From an uncultured delta proteobacterium (GTDB taxonomy: Bacteria; Myxococcota_A; Polyangia; Polyangiales; Polyangiaceae), in NCBI GenBank assembly GCA_963806225.1, contig CAWDXG010000004.1, forward strand, positions 672,001 through 736,000: DNA of 64,000 nucleotides, given 5' to 3'. Every line of letters starts with the position of its first letter. Positions within the stretch are counted from its first letter, which is position 1. A program made the position numbers and the translations under genes. A model generated the notes under the pieces. That model did not search any database. It saw only the letters and a program-made list of their open reading frames with translations, and had not been told where the DNA came from. Positions 20,545 to 31,100 of the stretch are shown piece after piece.

Positions 20545-21189
20545 ATGTTGTGGCGGGGCGCGGCGGCGATCGGGTTGGTGCTGGCGGCAGGCGGCTGTGG
20601 GGGCGCGACCACGTCGGGCCGTGGCAGCCTGGCCGACAGCGGTGCGGACAAGCAGGCTCCAGAAGCCCCGGCGGAAGGGCGCGCCGACGTGCGGGATGCG
20701 GGGCCCGATGCGACGCCGGACGCGACGCCGTTGTGCGACGACGCGGCGTGCGCAGCGTATGAACTGTGCCACTGGCAGTATGCGACCTGCGGTCGACCCG
20801 CCAACACGCCCGGGGGCGGCGAACTCTACCCCGGCCGCTAGGTGGCGCAAGATGCGGGGTGCGACGCGCAGCGGCCGGTCTGCGGCTGCGACGGAAAGGT
20901 GTACGCGAGCGAGTGTGCCGCGCACGGCGCCGGTGTCGACGCTTGGTGGGAGGGCTGCGCCGCGCCACCGGGCTACTTCAAGTGCGGCGGGAAGTTCTGC
21001 CGACTCACTACCGAGATCTGCTACGAAGGGCTCGGCGACACGGGGGACCGATGGAGCTCCTGCGATCCGCGCCCCGCCTGCGACAGCGGCGCGCTCTGCG
21101 ACTGCATCGACACTTCGGCCTGTCCGTCATCCATCATTGCCTGCACCAACGACGGCCAGGGCCGGGTGACCTGGAGCTGCTCGTTCTAG
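20545..21189 (+). pseudogene. Cys-rich Kazal-like lipoprotein interrupted by an in-frame TAG at 20839-20841
   Basis: Lipobox LAAGGC; the same frame continues after the TAG with PVCGCDGKVYASEC. Confidence 0.65.
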
Positions 21190-21194
21190 CGCTC

Positions 21195-21878
21195 CTAGCG
21201 CGGCTTCCGCCCCGACAGCGTGAACCCAAGCCCGTTGAAATACGTCTCCACGCGCACGTCCTCCAGTCGCTCCTCGAGCAGTCGCCGGCCGCGCTCCCAG
21301 CGGGCGCGCAGCGCGGCGTCGTCGAGGTCGCGGGCGGTGTCGATGCCCGCGAGCCGTAGCGCCGCGGCGTAGAGCGGGAAGAGCCAGTGGAAGAGCCCCC
21401 CCTCGGGCCTGGAGCCAGCAAAGTCCATGATGACGAGCCTTCCACCGGGCTTCAGCACCGAAAGGGCGCGCTCGAGCGCGGCATCCAGATCGTACACGAT
21501 GCCGTAGCACCAGACGCACACGAGCGCGTCGACCTGCTCGGGCACTCCCTCGAGCTTCACCGCGTCGCCGCGGCGGACCTCGACGTTCTCCCATCCGCCG
21601 GCGTCGACGCGGGCGCTGGCCTGCTCGAGCATGCCTTCGGAGTAGTCGACGGCGACGATGCGCCCGCGCGCGCCCACGCGCGGCACCAGGATGGGCAGGT
21701 TCCGCCCGGTACCGCAGCCCACGTCGAGCACGGTCGCTCCCTCCACGTCCCCCAGAAGCTCGATGGCGCGGCGGCGCCGGGCTTCAAGTCCGAGCGCCCA
21801 GCCGAACACCACGTCGGTGAGGCGGTCGTAGTAGCGGGCGGCCCGGTCGTAGTTGTCGCTGATTTCAGTGAGGTGCAT
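21195..21878 (-). CDS. Class I SAM-dependent methyltransferase (UbiE/PmtA-like)
   Basis: YDRAARYYD, VLDVGCGTG, VDYSEGML, LKPGGRLVIMD. Confidence 0.9.
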   Translation of the reverse strand: MHLTEISDNYDRAARYYDRLTDVVFGWALGLEARRRRAIELLGDVEGATVLDVGCGTGRNLPILVPRVGARGRIVAVDYSEGMLEQASARVDAGGWENVEVRRGDAVKLEGVPEQVDALVCVWCYGIVYDLDAALERALSVLKPGGRLVIMDFAGSRPEGGLFHWLFPLYAAALRLAGIDTARDLDDAALRARWERGRRLLEERLEDVRVETYFNGLGFTLSGRKPR

Positions 21879-21983
21879 GCGTGCCTCCTTCACCCCTGCA
21901 GACGGGCCTCCGCCCGCCATCATTACAGCCCGGCGCCGGAAAACAGACGGCGCGCCCCGGGGGTTGGTTCGGCGGACGCGCCG

Positions 21984-22613
21984 CTACTCGGCGCGCAACC
22001 CGCGCTGCAGCACCAGCGCGATCACCATGTCGATGCCGACCTTGTTGTTGCCGCCTTCGGGCAGGATCAGGTCGGCCCAGCGCTTCGACGGCTCGACGAA
22101 CTGGAGGTGCATCGGGCGTACGGTGCTGTAGTACTGCTCGCGGATCGACTCGAAGGATCGACCGCGCTTCTCCAGGTCGCGCCGTATACGGCGGAACGCG
22201 CGGATGTCCGGATCGGTGTCGACGTAGATCTTGACCTCGAGCTGCTGCCGCAGGCGCGCCTCGACGAAAGTCAGGATACCCTCGACGATCACGACCGGGG
22301 TCGGCTCCACGTGACGGAGCGCCGGAGCGCGGCGATGCGTGGTGAAGTCGTAGACCGGCATTTCCACGGCCTCGCCACGCCTGAGCGCGGCGAGATGCTC
22401 GACGAGCAGCGCCGTCTCGAGCGAGTCGGGGTGGTCGAAGTTGAGCTGGCAGCGCTCCTCGTAGGAGAGATCCGAGCGATCGTGATAGTACGCGTCGTGC
22501 TCCACGATCGTGACGGTGCCGGAGGGCAGCGACGCGGCGACGCGCTCGGCGACGGTGGTCTTTCCCGAGCCACTCCCCCCTGCAATGCCTACCAGGAGCG
22601 GTCCGTCTGCCAT
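21984..22613 (-). CDS. udk: Uridine kinase
   Basis: GIAGGSGSGKTT, NFDHPDSL, PVYDFTTH, IVEGIL, RRIRRD, VRPMHLQFVEPSKRWAD. Confidence 0.95.
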   Translation of the reverse strand: MADGPLLVGIAGGSGSGKTTVAERVAASLPSGTVTIVEHDAYYHDRSDLSYEERCQLNFDHPDSLETALLVEHLAALRRGEAVEMPVYDFTTHRRAPALRHVEPTPVVIVEGILTFVEARLRQQLEVKIYVDTDPDIRAFRRIRRDLEKRGRSFESIREQYYSTVRPMHLQFVEPSKRWADLILPEGGNNKVGIDMVIALVLQRGLRAE

Positions 22614-22710
22614 CCCGCGCACACTAGCCGAAGCCGGCGCGAGCGAACAGCCGGCACGGCATCGGCGTCATGACCGCGATCACCAAGGCGGCGGCCGCAC
22701 CGCCAGCACT

Positions 22711-24507
22711 TCAGAAACCGGAGCCGCTGGAGAGGCGCTCGACGGCCTTGCCGGCGAGCTCCGCGGTCGTGCCCTTGCCGTCGGCCAGGGCGAGCAGCGT
22801 GCCGCGCTCGCGCATCAGCTCGAGGGTCGCGACGGCTTCGGGCCGCGTCGCTGACGGGCCGCTCTGTGCGGCGTCGAACAGACGGCGCCTGAGCACGACG
22901 CGGGTCAGCGAGTGCGGGCCGTTGTCGTCGAGAAGAACGCCGAACTGGTGCGCCAGGATGTTCTCGGCAAACCGCTGGGCGCCGGCGGGAAGATCGAGGG
23001 TTGTGAGCGCGCGCGCGTTGTCGACCCAACGATAGATGTGGCCCTCGACGAAATCGGCGTCCGGGAAATTGCCGAAGGTCACCCGGTACAGCTCGCCGAG
23101 CTCTCCGGTGACTTCCGCCACCGGCAGCGACTCGACCGCGTGCCGGGCCGCGTCACGGCTGCCGCCCAGCAACAGTGCGAGCGCCGCGTCCACACGCAAG
23201 TCGGGATCCGCCAGCAGCCTGTCGAGCTTCCGCTCCGTCGCCGCATCGAGACCGTGCCGACCGAGGGCACGCGCCGCCGCATGCCGCGTGTCCGCGGGGA
23301 CTTTCGCCGTGATCAGGCCGAGCAGCAGCGGCGTCAGGCCATCGACCCGCCGCTCCTGAAGTCCGCCGAGCAGGCAACCGAGCTTGAACCGCGCCGCCTT
23401 CTTCCCGGAGCGTGACAGGCGCGTGATCTGCTTCGCCAGTTTCGCTATGTCCTGCTCGGTCAGGACCCAGGCGAGCGCCACGCAGGCCGCCCTACGGCTC
23501 TGCTCGTTGTCCTTGTCGCTGTCGATGTACCGGAGCAGTGGATCGAACGCCCTCGCGTCACCCCACTCCGACAGGCCGTTTGCGGCCCCGACGCCCAGTG
23601 CGCGCAGCGCCATGCCCAGCATGGCCACGCGCCCGCGCATCAACGCGTCCATCGTCACGTCGAGGCGCGCAGGGCGACGCTGGAGCTGCTGGAGCAGGAT
23701 CGTCCAGGACTTCGCGTCGCGCAGCGCGCCGACGTAGCGCAGCGCGCTCTGTGCGATGACCCAGGACTCCGGAAACGGCGGCATGGCTCCCGGGGCGGGC
23801 AGCGGATCGGACGGGGCGGCCCAGGCCCGCAGCTGGCCGACGATGCCCGGGCGTGAGGTGTGCATCGCCGCCAGCGCGCGCATGCCTGTCGCGCGCGGCC
23901 CGCGCGACATCAGCGTCCACTCGTACACCGGCTCTTCGGCGACAGCGCGGACCTTCGCGAGCGCTTCGGGATGCAGTCTGGCGAGATCCACAATGGAGCG
24001 AGCGACAGCAGCGCGCTCCATGTCGTCGCGCCGCAGCGCGGTTTCCGGACCGCCGTCGTCGGCGTAGACCTTCAGCGGATCGAGACGCAGGCGCGCAGCC
24101 AGCACGGGCAGTGCGCGCAGATCGCCGAGCTCGGCCAGGGCGAGGGCGACCTCGGTCTGGAAATGGACGAGCTCGCCCGAGCGCTTCCAGTCCTTGTGTC
24201 GCGACAGATATCCAGCGAGCGGATCCGCGCTGCGCGGGTCAGCAAGTCGTCTGATGCGTTGCACGAGTGCCTTTTGCCTGGCCCAGCGCGCATCACGGTC
24301 GGCGATCGACCCGGCAGCTTCGAGCTCGGCGACGCGCTGGACCGGTGCCGGGAGCGGCGGCGCTCTGGGCTCCGGCGGGGCCGGCTGCGTCGCGGGCGGC
24401 GGGATGACCGCCTGCGAGGGCCGCGAGACGGCCTTCGGCGGCGTGGCCGTACAGCCCGCCGTCAGCCATAAAAGTAGAGCGGCCCGCGTCTTCGCACCGA
24501 GCGCCAT
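22711..24507 (-). CDS. HEAT-repeat-like lipoprotein
   Basis: Lipobox LTAGC; helical repeats ALALAELGD, ANGLSEWGD, AARALGR. Confidence 0.7.
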   Translation of the reverse strand: MALGAKTRAALLLWLTAGCTATPPKAVSRPSQAVIPPPATQPAPPEPRAPPLPAPVQRVAELEAAGSIADRDARWARQKALVQRIRRLADPRSADPLAGYLSRHKDWKRSGELVHFQTEVALALAELGDLRALPVLAARLRLDPLKVYADDGGPETALRRDDMERAAVARSIVDLARLHPEALAKVRAVAEEPVYEWTLMSRGPRATGMRALAAMHTSRPGIVGQLRAWAAPSDPLPAPGAMPPFPESWVIAQSALRYVGALRDAKSWTILLQQLQRRPARLDVTMDALMRGRVAMLGMALRALGVGAANGLSEWGDARAFDPLLRYIDSDKDNEQSRRAACVALAWVLTEQDIAKLAKQITRLSRSGKKAARFKLGCLLGGLQERRVDGLTPLLLGLITAKVPADTRHAAARALGRHGLDAATERKLDRLLADPDLRVDAALALLLGGSRDAARHAVESLPVAEVTGELGELYRVTFGNFPDADFVEGHIYRWVDNARALTTLDLPAGAQRFAENILAHQFGVLLDDNGPHSLTRVVLRRRLFDAAQSGPSATRPEAVATLELMRERGTLLALADGKGTTAELAGKAVERLSSGSGF

Positions 24508-24612
24508 GGGGACGACAGTAGCGTCTTGTCCGCCATTCGGGGGTCCGGAAGCGGCTGACCGCCGTCACACGGCCGTATTGCCTCCCACCTGGAGCTGCTC
24601 GAAGCTAGCGGA

Positions 24613-26127
24613 ATGGACGACGGCTCGGCGGACCTGCTCAGGCAGCGGTTTGTACGCGGTGTCACGCTCACGGGGGCGGTCTTCACCGGCGTGTTCCTGC
24701 TGGAGTTCGTCGGCGAGTGGGTGCGAGCGGGCGAGCCCGGCCTGCACGCGGTGTCGTGGGCGGGAGTGAACAACACCAAGCTGGTCGATTCGCTGAGCCC
24801 CATCGCGCGTGCCTACAACAATATCCTGGCGATGCTGATCGCTACGGTGGGTCTGGCCATCCCGCTCACGGCGAACATGTACACGCCGAAGCTCATCGAC
24901 CTGTTCCTGCGCGATCGTATCAACCGCGTCGTGCTCGCGGTGATGGCCTTCGGCGCGGCCAACGTCCTGTGGGTCATGTACATCGTGGGCCCCGGCTTCG
25001 CGCCGATGTGGGCCTACCGCACCGCCGTCTACGGCGTGCTGCTCGGCTGGGTGGTGGTGATCCCGTATTTCTTCTACGTCGTGAAGTTCCTCGACCCATC
25101 GACGATCGTGGAGCTGTTGATGCGGGAGGCACTCAAGCAGATCGATCGGGCGGCGAAGAAGCATGTCGATCCGGAGCGGGCCCAGAACGAGATCGAGGAG
25201 CGCCTGTACCAGATCGGCACGATCATCATCAAGTCGATCGACCGGGCCGACCGCGACGTGACCCGCGAGGGCATCTGGTCGCTGAAGCGCATCATCTCCC
25301 GTTACAGCGAGCTGAAACCGCGCATGACCGACGCCTGGTTCAAGGCGGACCGTCGCGATTTCGTGGGGCTATCGAGCGCGGCGCGCCAGATGATCACCCA
25401 GAAGCGCACCTTCCTCGAGATGAACGTGCTGACGCAGCTCTACCTCGCCTTCCAGCACGCACTCACCAAGGCACCCGACGCCATCAGCGCCATCGGCAAT
25501 GTCAACCGCGTGATCGCGCGCGCTGCGGCGGCGCGCGGCGACGAGCACGTGGTGTCGCTGTGTCTGCGCTTCATGAACAGCTTCCTTCGCGAAGCCACCA
25601 AGCACCTCGACACGCGCGCGGTCTACGACGTCTTCTACCAGTACCGGGAGCTGGCCGACGATATCTCCGACCACCACGAGACCGTGCGCGAGATCGGCGG
25701 TTTCCTCCTCCACTACGCGCGCATCGCCGAGCAGAAGGGCGACGCCTTCGTGCCGCAGCTCGCCTCCTTCGATCTGGCGCACGTAATCGAGAGTGCCTAC
25801 GCCGCTGGCAACCCGCGCGCCGGCGAGCTGCTCGACGACCTGATGGGGCTGCCCCACGTCCTTTCGGGAGAGCCGGACCTGCTGCGCATCAAGGCGAAGC
25901 TCGTCCTGGCGGGCTTTCTGACCTCGCGCGACATGAAAGCCGAGCTCGAGCGCCTGCGCGAGAACCTCGCCGACGTGCCGCACGCCGTGCTGGAAGCCGC
26001 TGCCGAGGAGCTGGTAGGCATCGAGAAGCGAGCCTTCCACGAGATCACCGACCGCCAGGTCAACATCGAGTGGACCCCACCCGAACGGCGGGCGCACATC
26101 GCGCGCTTCGTGGCCGCTGGCGGGTAG
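24613..26127 (+). CDS. Membrane protein, DUF2254-like
   Basis: N-terminal TM segments; IPLTANMYTPKLIDLF; helical C-terminal domain. Confidence 0.7.
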   Translation: MDDGSADLLRQRFVRGVTLTGAVFTGVFLLEFVGEWVRAGEPGLHAVSWAGVNNTKLVDSLSPIARAYNNILAMLIATVGLAIPLTANMYTPKLIDLFLRDRINRVVLAVMAFGAANVLWVMYIVGPGFAPMWAYRTAVYGVLLGWVVVIPYFFYVVKFLDPSTIVELLMREALKQIDRAAKKHVDPERAQNEIEERLYQIGTIIIKSIDRADRDVTREGIWSLKRIISRYSELKPRMTDAWFKADRRDFVGLSSAARQMITQKRTFLEMNVLTQLYLAFQHALTKAPDAISAIGNVNRVIARAAAARGDEHVVSLCLRFMNSFLREATKHLDTRAVYDVFYQYRELADDISDHHETVREIGGFLLHYARIAEQKGDAFVPQLASFDLAHVIESAYAAGNPRAGELLDDLMGLPHVLSGEPDLLRIKAKLVLAGFLTSRDMKAELERLRENLADVPHAVLEAAAEELVGIEKRAFHEITDRQVNIEWTPPERRAHIARFVAAGG

Positions 26128-26171
26128 TTGCGCCAGCGGTGCGCGCCTTTGCACGCGCCGCCGGCTGTGCC

Positions 26172-27425
26172 ATGAACCCGACCATGAGTGGAAACGGCCG
26201 CCCTGTTCTCGATGTCGTCGTGTGGGGGGCCACCGGGTTCACCGGACAGCTGGTGGCGGAGTACCTGGTGGAGCACTATCCGGACGGCGCGCTCCGGCTG
26301 GGGCTGGGCGGTCGCAACCGCGACAAGCTCGAGGCGGTGCGGGCGAAGCTCGCGATAGCGCACCCCAGCGCCGCGGAGCTGCCGCTCCTGGTCGGCGATA
26401 GCTTCGATGCCGCGTCGCTCGACGCCATGGCTTCCCGGACCCGCGTCGTGTGCACGACCGTCGGCCCGTACGCGAAGTACGGCGCGGAGCTGGTGGCCGC
26501 CTGCGTCCGGCACGGCACCGCCTACTGCGATCTGACCGGCGAGGTGCAGTTCATCCGGCGCATGATCGACGCCCACCACGACGCGGCGAAGAAGAGCGGT
26601 GCACGCATCGTGCACTGCTGTGGCTACGACTCGCTCCCCTCGGATCTCGGCACGTTCGTCCTGCAGGAAGCGATGGGCGAACGACACGGCAGCGTCTGCT
26701 CGCAGGTCAAGCTCTTCGCCCGCACCAAGGGCGGCATGAGCGGCGGCACCGTCGGGAGCATCCTCAACCTGCTCGATGAAGCGCGACGCGACCGCAGCGT
26801 GCGCCGCATCCTGGCCGACCCCTACGCCCTGAACCCGGACGGCGAGCGCCGGGGGCCGGACGGCCCGGACCCCATGCGCGTGCGGCGCGACCGCGATATC
26901 GGCATGTGGGTCGGACCGTTCCTGATGGCGGGCATCAACACGCGCGTGGTGCGTCGCTCCAACGCGCTCTTTGGCTACCGCTATGGGCGGGACTTCCGCT
27001 ACTCCGAGGAAATGAGCTTCGGGCGCGGCGCCCGGGGTCTGGCCAGGGCCAGCGCCTTCACCGGCGGTCTCGCCGGGCTGATGGCGACGGCCAACGTCGG
27101 CTGGATGCGCGCGCTGCTCGAGCGGAAGCTGCCGTCCCCCGGCGAAGGCCCGAGCCGCGAAGAGCGCGAAGCCGGCTACTTCATCAGCCGGCTCATCGGC
27201 AAAGGAACCGACGCCGCAGGCCGACCTGCCGAGCTCCGCGTGCGGGTGGAGGGCCACAGCGACCCCGGCTACGGCGAAACCGCCAAGATGCTGGGCGAAT
27301 CCGCCGCGTGTCTGGCGCTCGACGAGCTCGACAAGGGCGGCGGGATCCTTACGCCCGCGTCGGCCATGGGAACGCGTCTGGTACGCCGCCTGCGCGATGC
27401 CGGCATGGCGTTCAACGTCGAGTAG
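26172..27425 (+). CDS. Saccharopine dehydrogenase-like oxidoreductase
   Basis: WGATGFTG, TTVGPY..YG, YCDLTGE, CGYDSLPSD, SGGT, DPGYGETAKML, GGILTPA. Confidence 0.9.
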   Translation: MNPTMSGNGRPVLDVVVWGATGFTGQLVAEYLVEHYPDGALRLGLGGRNRDKLEAVRAKLAIAHPSAAELPLLVGDSFDAASLDAMASRTRVVCTTVGPYAKYGAELVAACVRHGTAYCDLTGEVQFIRRMIDAHHDAAKKSGARIVHCCGYDSLPSDLGTFVLQEAMGERHGSVCSQVKLFARTKGGMSGGTVGSILNLLDEARRDRSVRRILADPYALNPDGERRGPDGPDPMRVRRDRDIGMWVGPFLMAGINTRVVRRSNALFGYRYGRDFRYSEEMSFGRGARGLARASAFTGGLAGLMATANVGWMRALLERKLPSPGEGPSREEREAGYFISRLIGKGTDAAGRPAELRVRVEGHSDPGYGETAKMLGESAACLALDELDKGGGILTPASAMGTRLVRRLRDAGMAFNVE

Positions 27426-27445
27426 CCCTCACCAGCCTCGAAACG

Positions 27446-28120
27446 ATGCTACCGGGTCGCCTATGCCTGTCCGCCGTTGCGCTGTTCGTCGCGGCGTGCG
27501 GCTCGTCGACGAGCTCGACAACGGCGGCGCCGAAGGACGCGGGGACCGACAGCACAGACAGCGGCAGTGACGCCGGATCGCACGCCCGGCTGTTCGTCAC
27601 GTCGCAGAGCTACGCGGGCGACCTGAGGGACGCCGCGCAGACACCCACTGGGCTCGCGGCCGGCGACAAGCTCTGTCAGGAAGCTGCCGCAGCCGCAGGA
27701 CTGTCTGGAACGTTCAAGGCCTGGCTCTCGGACGCGACGACCGATGCGATCGACCGTGTCGGCAACGTCCCCGACGGCTGGTACTCGGTCGGACCGAAGG
27801 CCGCCAAGATCGCCGACAACAAGGCGTCGCTCGTCGCGAAAGGCCCCTCGGCCCTTATCGTCGACGAGCACGGCAAGCCGGTGACGGGTTGCCCCTGGAC
27901 CGGGACCCACCCCGACGGCATGAAGGCCACGAGCGGCCTGAACGTCGGCTCGGACGGCACCTGCACCGGCTGGACCGCGTCGGGCGTCGACTTCGCCGTC
28001 GCCGGCGGCATCGGTCCCACGACCAGCCCCTTCAACCTGATCGCGGGCTGCCCGGCGGGCGGCGGTACCGCGTACTCGCAGTGCCAGAATCCGCAGCCGA
28101 TCTATTGCTTCCAGCAGTGA
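27446..28120 (+). CDS. DUF1554 / endostatin-like lipoprotein
   Basis: Lipobox VAAC; LFVTSQSYAGDL..GLAAGDKLC..AGLSGTFKAWLS..WTGT..CTGWT..IYCFQQ. Confidence 0.8.
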   Translation: MLPGRLCLSAVALFVAACGSSTSSTTAAPKDAGTDSTDSGSDAGSHARLFVTSQSYAGDLRDAAQTPTGLAAGDKLCQEAAAAAGLSGTFKAWLSDATTDAIDRVGNVPDGWYSVGPKAAKIADNKASLVAKGPSALIVDEHGKPVTGCPWTGTHPDGMKATSGLNVGSDGTCTGWTASGVDFAVAGGIGPTTSPFNLIAGCPAGGGTAYSQCQNPQPIYCFQQ

Positions 28121-28194
28121 CCCGAGCGCCGTGCCAGGCCCGGGCGCGAGTCCGCGCGGCTCGGGAGGCGACGCCGCGAAAGCTCAGGGCGCGA

Positions 28195-31100
28195 TCACAG
28201 CTGGTTCTCGTCGCCAGGCGTAACGTGGGTGCAGACCGACCAGTCCGTGTTGGCGTCGTCCGTGTCGCTGCCGTTGGGCATGCGACAGAGCGATGCAACC
28301 GAGCTGTTGTTGTCGGCCGTGCTGGTTGCCAGCACGGTGCCCTCGACCAGGCTGGCCGTGCCGACTCCCGGCACCGGCACCGCCGTCATCGCGCCCTCGT
28401 AGGACAGCGCGTCGACGAGCGCGCTCGCGTTGCTGTCCACCAGCGCGATGCCGTCGGGCGCGCCGTTCTGGATCGAGTCGGTCACGGCACCCGCATCGAT
28501 CACCAGCGCGCCGGAAGGTACCGTCGACACCACGCTGCTCGCGCCCACGACCAGATACTGCCCCGCGCCGAGCGAACCAGCAGGCCCCAGATCCACGCTG
28601 CGGTACACCGTGCTGTTCGAGCCGTTCACGAAGTACAGCGTGAAACCCGAGAGCGACACCGGCACCGAGCCCGCGTTGTACAGCTCCACGAATTCGCCCA
28701 GGTCGGTGCCGGGCTGGTCGTAATCCACTTCGTTGATAACGACCTTCGGGCTGCCGGCCTGCACCAGGATGCTCGCCTGCGCCGAGCTCGCGCCCAGAGT
28801 TGCCGTGATCGTCGCATTCGTCTCGACCGAAGCGTCGGTGTAGTCGAACGTCGCCGACAGCGTGTTGGCCGGAACCGTCACACTCGCCGGCAGCGTACCG
28901 GAATCGGTCGGATTGACCGCAAGCGCGACCAGAGACCCGCCGACCGGCGCCGGGATGTCGAGCGTGGCCGTGAAGGCCTGGGTGGCCCCGGGTTGCAGGA
29001 TCGGCGACGCCGGGGACAGCGACACGACCTGGGGCTGCTCCGACGCGCCGATCACGCGCACGTGCGCCGTCATGTTGGTGGTGCCGAGGGTCGCCGTCAG
29101 CGTCACGTCGGCGGACTTTGCCAGCCCGCTCACGAGCACCGGCGCGCTCAGCTGCCCCGCCTTCACGTTGACGCCATTGCCGGTCACAGTCAGCGCGTTC
29201 GTGTCGCTCGACACGACGGTCACGAACGTATCGTTCGCGGGCGTAGCGCTCAGATTGACCGTGAGCGGCGTCGGAATGGTGGGCGTGTTGGCCTGGCCGA
29301 CATCGGTGAAGGTCGGGGTCGGCCCGAAGCCGATCAGCACCGGCGCGCCCACGACAAAGTCCGCCGGCCCTCGTGGCTCGAGCTTGCTGTTGTTGTTGCG
29401 GTAGTCGAGCACGCCAGAGATCGACACGTACTGCGTGCCCACCACCGGGAACGGCGTCACCAGGTAGAGCAGGTCGTTCACGCGCAGCGAGCTGGTCACG
29501 GCGAACTCGTTGGTCGGTGCCGCGTCACCGGGGCCCGGTGCCGGCGCGACGTCCGTCACGGCCACGCTGTCCACCTCGACCAGCACCGACTCGAGCTGGC
29601 TTGCGCGCGCCCCGCCGGTTGCGACATCCGCCGCCGTCGCGACGACGGGAGCCGGCAACGCTTCGCCGAGTGACGACACGACGTTGACCGTCGCCCCGCC
29701 GAGCTGGATCTGTCCGTAGTAGTCGGCGATGGTCGCCGTCGTGACGTCCACGCGATCGCCGGCCTTCACAGTGTTGCCCGGCGCGTACACGAACACGCCA
29801 GAGTAGTCGGAGCCGTTGTAATCGGGATCGCCGGGTTTGACCTGGAGGAAGAAGCCGCTATCGAAGCGGGCCGTCACCAGCGCGTTCGACAACGCAACGG
29901 CGGTACCCGGCGACAGTGTGCCGTTCTTGATGTCGTAGATGGTCGCAGGGCACGCCGCCGCGCCGGAATTCGATGCGTTCGGGCACGGGTCGCAGGCGTC
30001 ACCCTTGCCGTCCTTGTCCGCGTCCGCCTGGTTCTTGTTCGGGACGGTCGGACAGTTGTCCGATGCGTTCGGGATGGTGTCGTTGTCGCGGTCGTTGGGG
30101 TCGTACGTCGTGCACGTCGCCGTGTTCGGGTCGAGCGGACAGGGGTCGCACGCGTCGCCCGTTCCGTCCCCGTCGAAGTCCGCCTGCTTGCCCCCATCGA
30201 GAGGCCGTATCGGGTTGAACACGGCCGGGCAATCGTCCGTGGCGTCGGGGATGCCGTCGCCATCGCTATCGGTCGCGCTCGTCGTCCCATCGTAGACCGA
30301 GGAGCCGTTCACCGACGTCGGTCGCATCGGCACGCAGCTGGGCTCGTTCTTCGGGGCGCCGCAGAAGAACGCCGGGTAGATCGAGCTGCCGACCGCGGTC
30401 TCGAGCGCGGAAAGCGACTCGCCGATGTCGCTCTGCAGGCAGACCTGCTTCTGCACGCCGCACACGTCGAGAGCGTCGCAGCTGCCGCTCGCGAGCCCGG
30501 AAACGACGTTCGCGTCGCCGTACAGCACCTTCCCGCCGCGCATGACGAGCGCCACGTCCTTCGGCTCGCCGTCGATCACGGCGCGGAAGTCCTTGTTCTG
30601 CGAGCCGTCGAAGATGGAGATGTCGGCGACCTTGCCCTGCGCCAGAACGCCGATCACGTCGTCCACGGCGGCCACGCCGGCCGCGTCCGAAGTCACCATG
30701 CGCCAGAGCTGCTCGTCGCTGAAGAAGTGGTTGAAGCGCTTCGAGTTCATGAAGTCGGCGCACGAGAGCTCGCGCAGCAGGTTCATCGAACCGGTCGGCA
30801 TCCAGTCGGTGCCGAGTGCGATGCGCACGCCCAGCCGCGACGCTTCTGTGACGATGGCGGTGTCACCGTACAGCGTGATGTTCGAGCGCGGCGACCAGAT
30901 CAGCGATGTTCCGGCGGCGGCCATCGCGGCGTAGTCCGGCGGCGTCAAACCCACGGCGTGGATGAGCGCCGTCTTCGAGATGATGATGTCTTGCCCGCCG
31001 TTGGCACTCGAGCTGAGGCACTGGAACTCGTTCTCGGCCACCGCGTCGATGCCCTCGGAAACGTGCGGCACGTACGAGTCGTCGCCCGACAGTGACGCCG

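Noticed and set aside
21984..22613. Uridine kinase as part of the purine system
   Set aside because: Common pyrimidine salvage gene in a separate transcription unit; proximity alone is not evidence.
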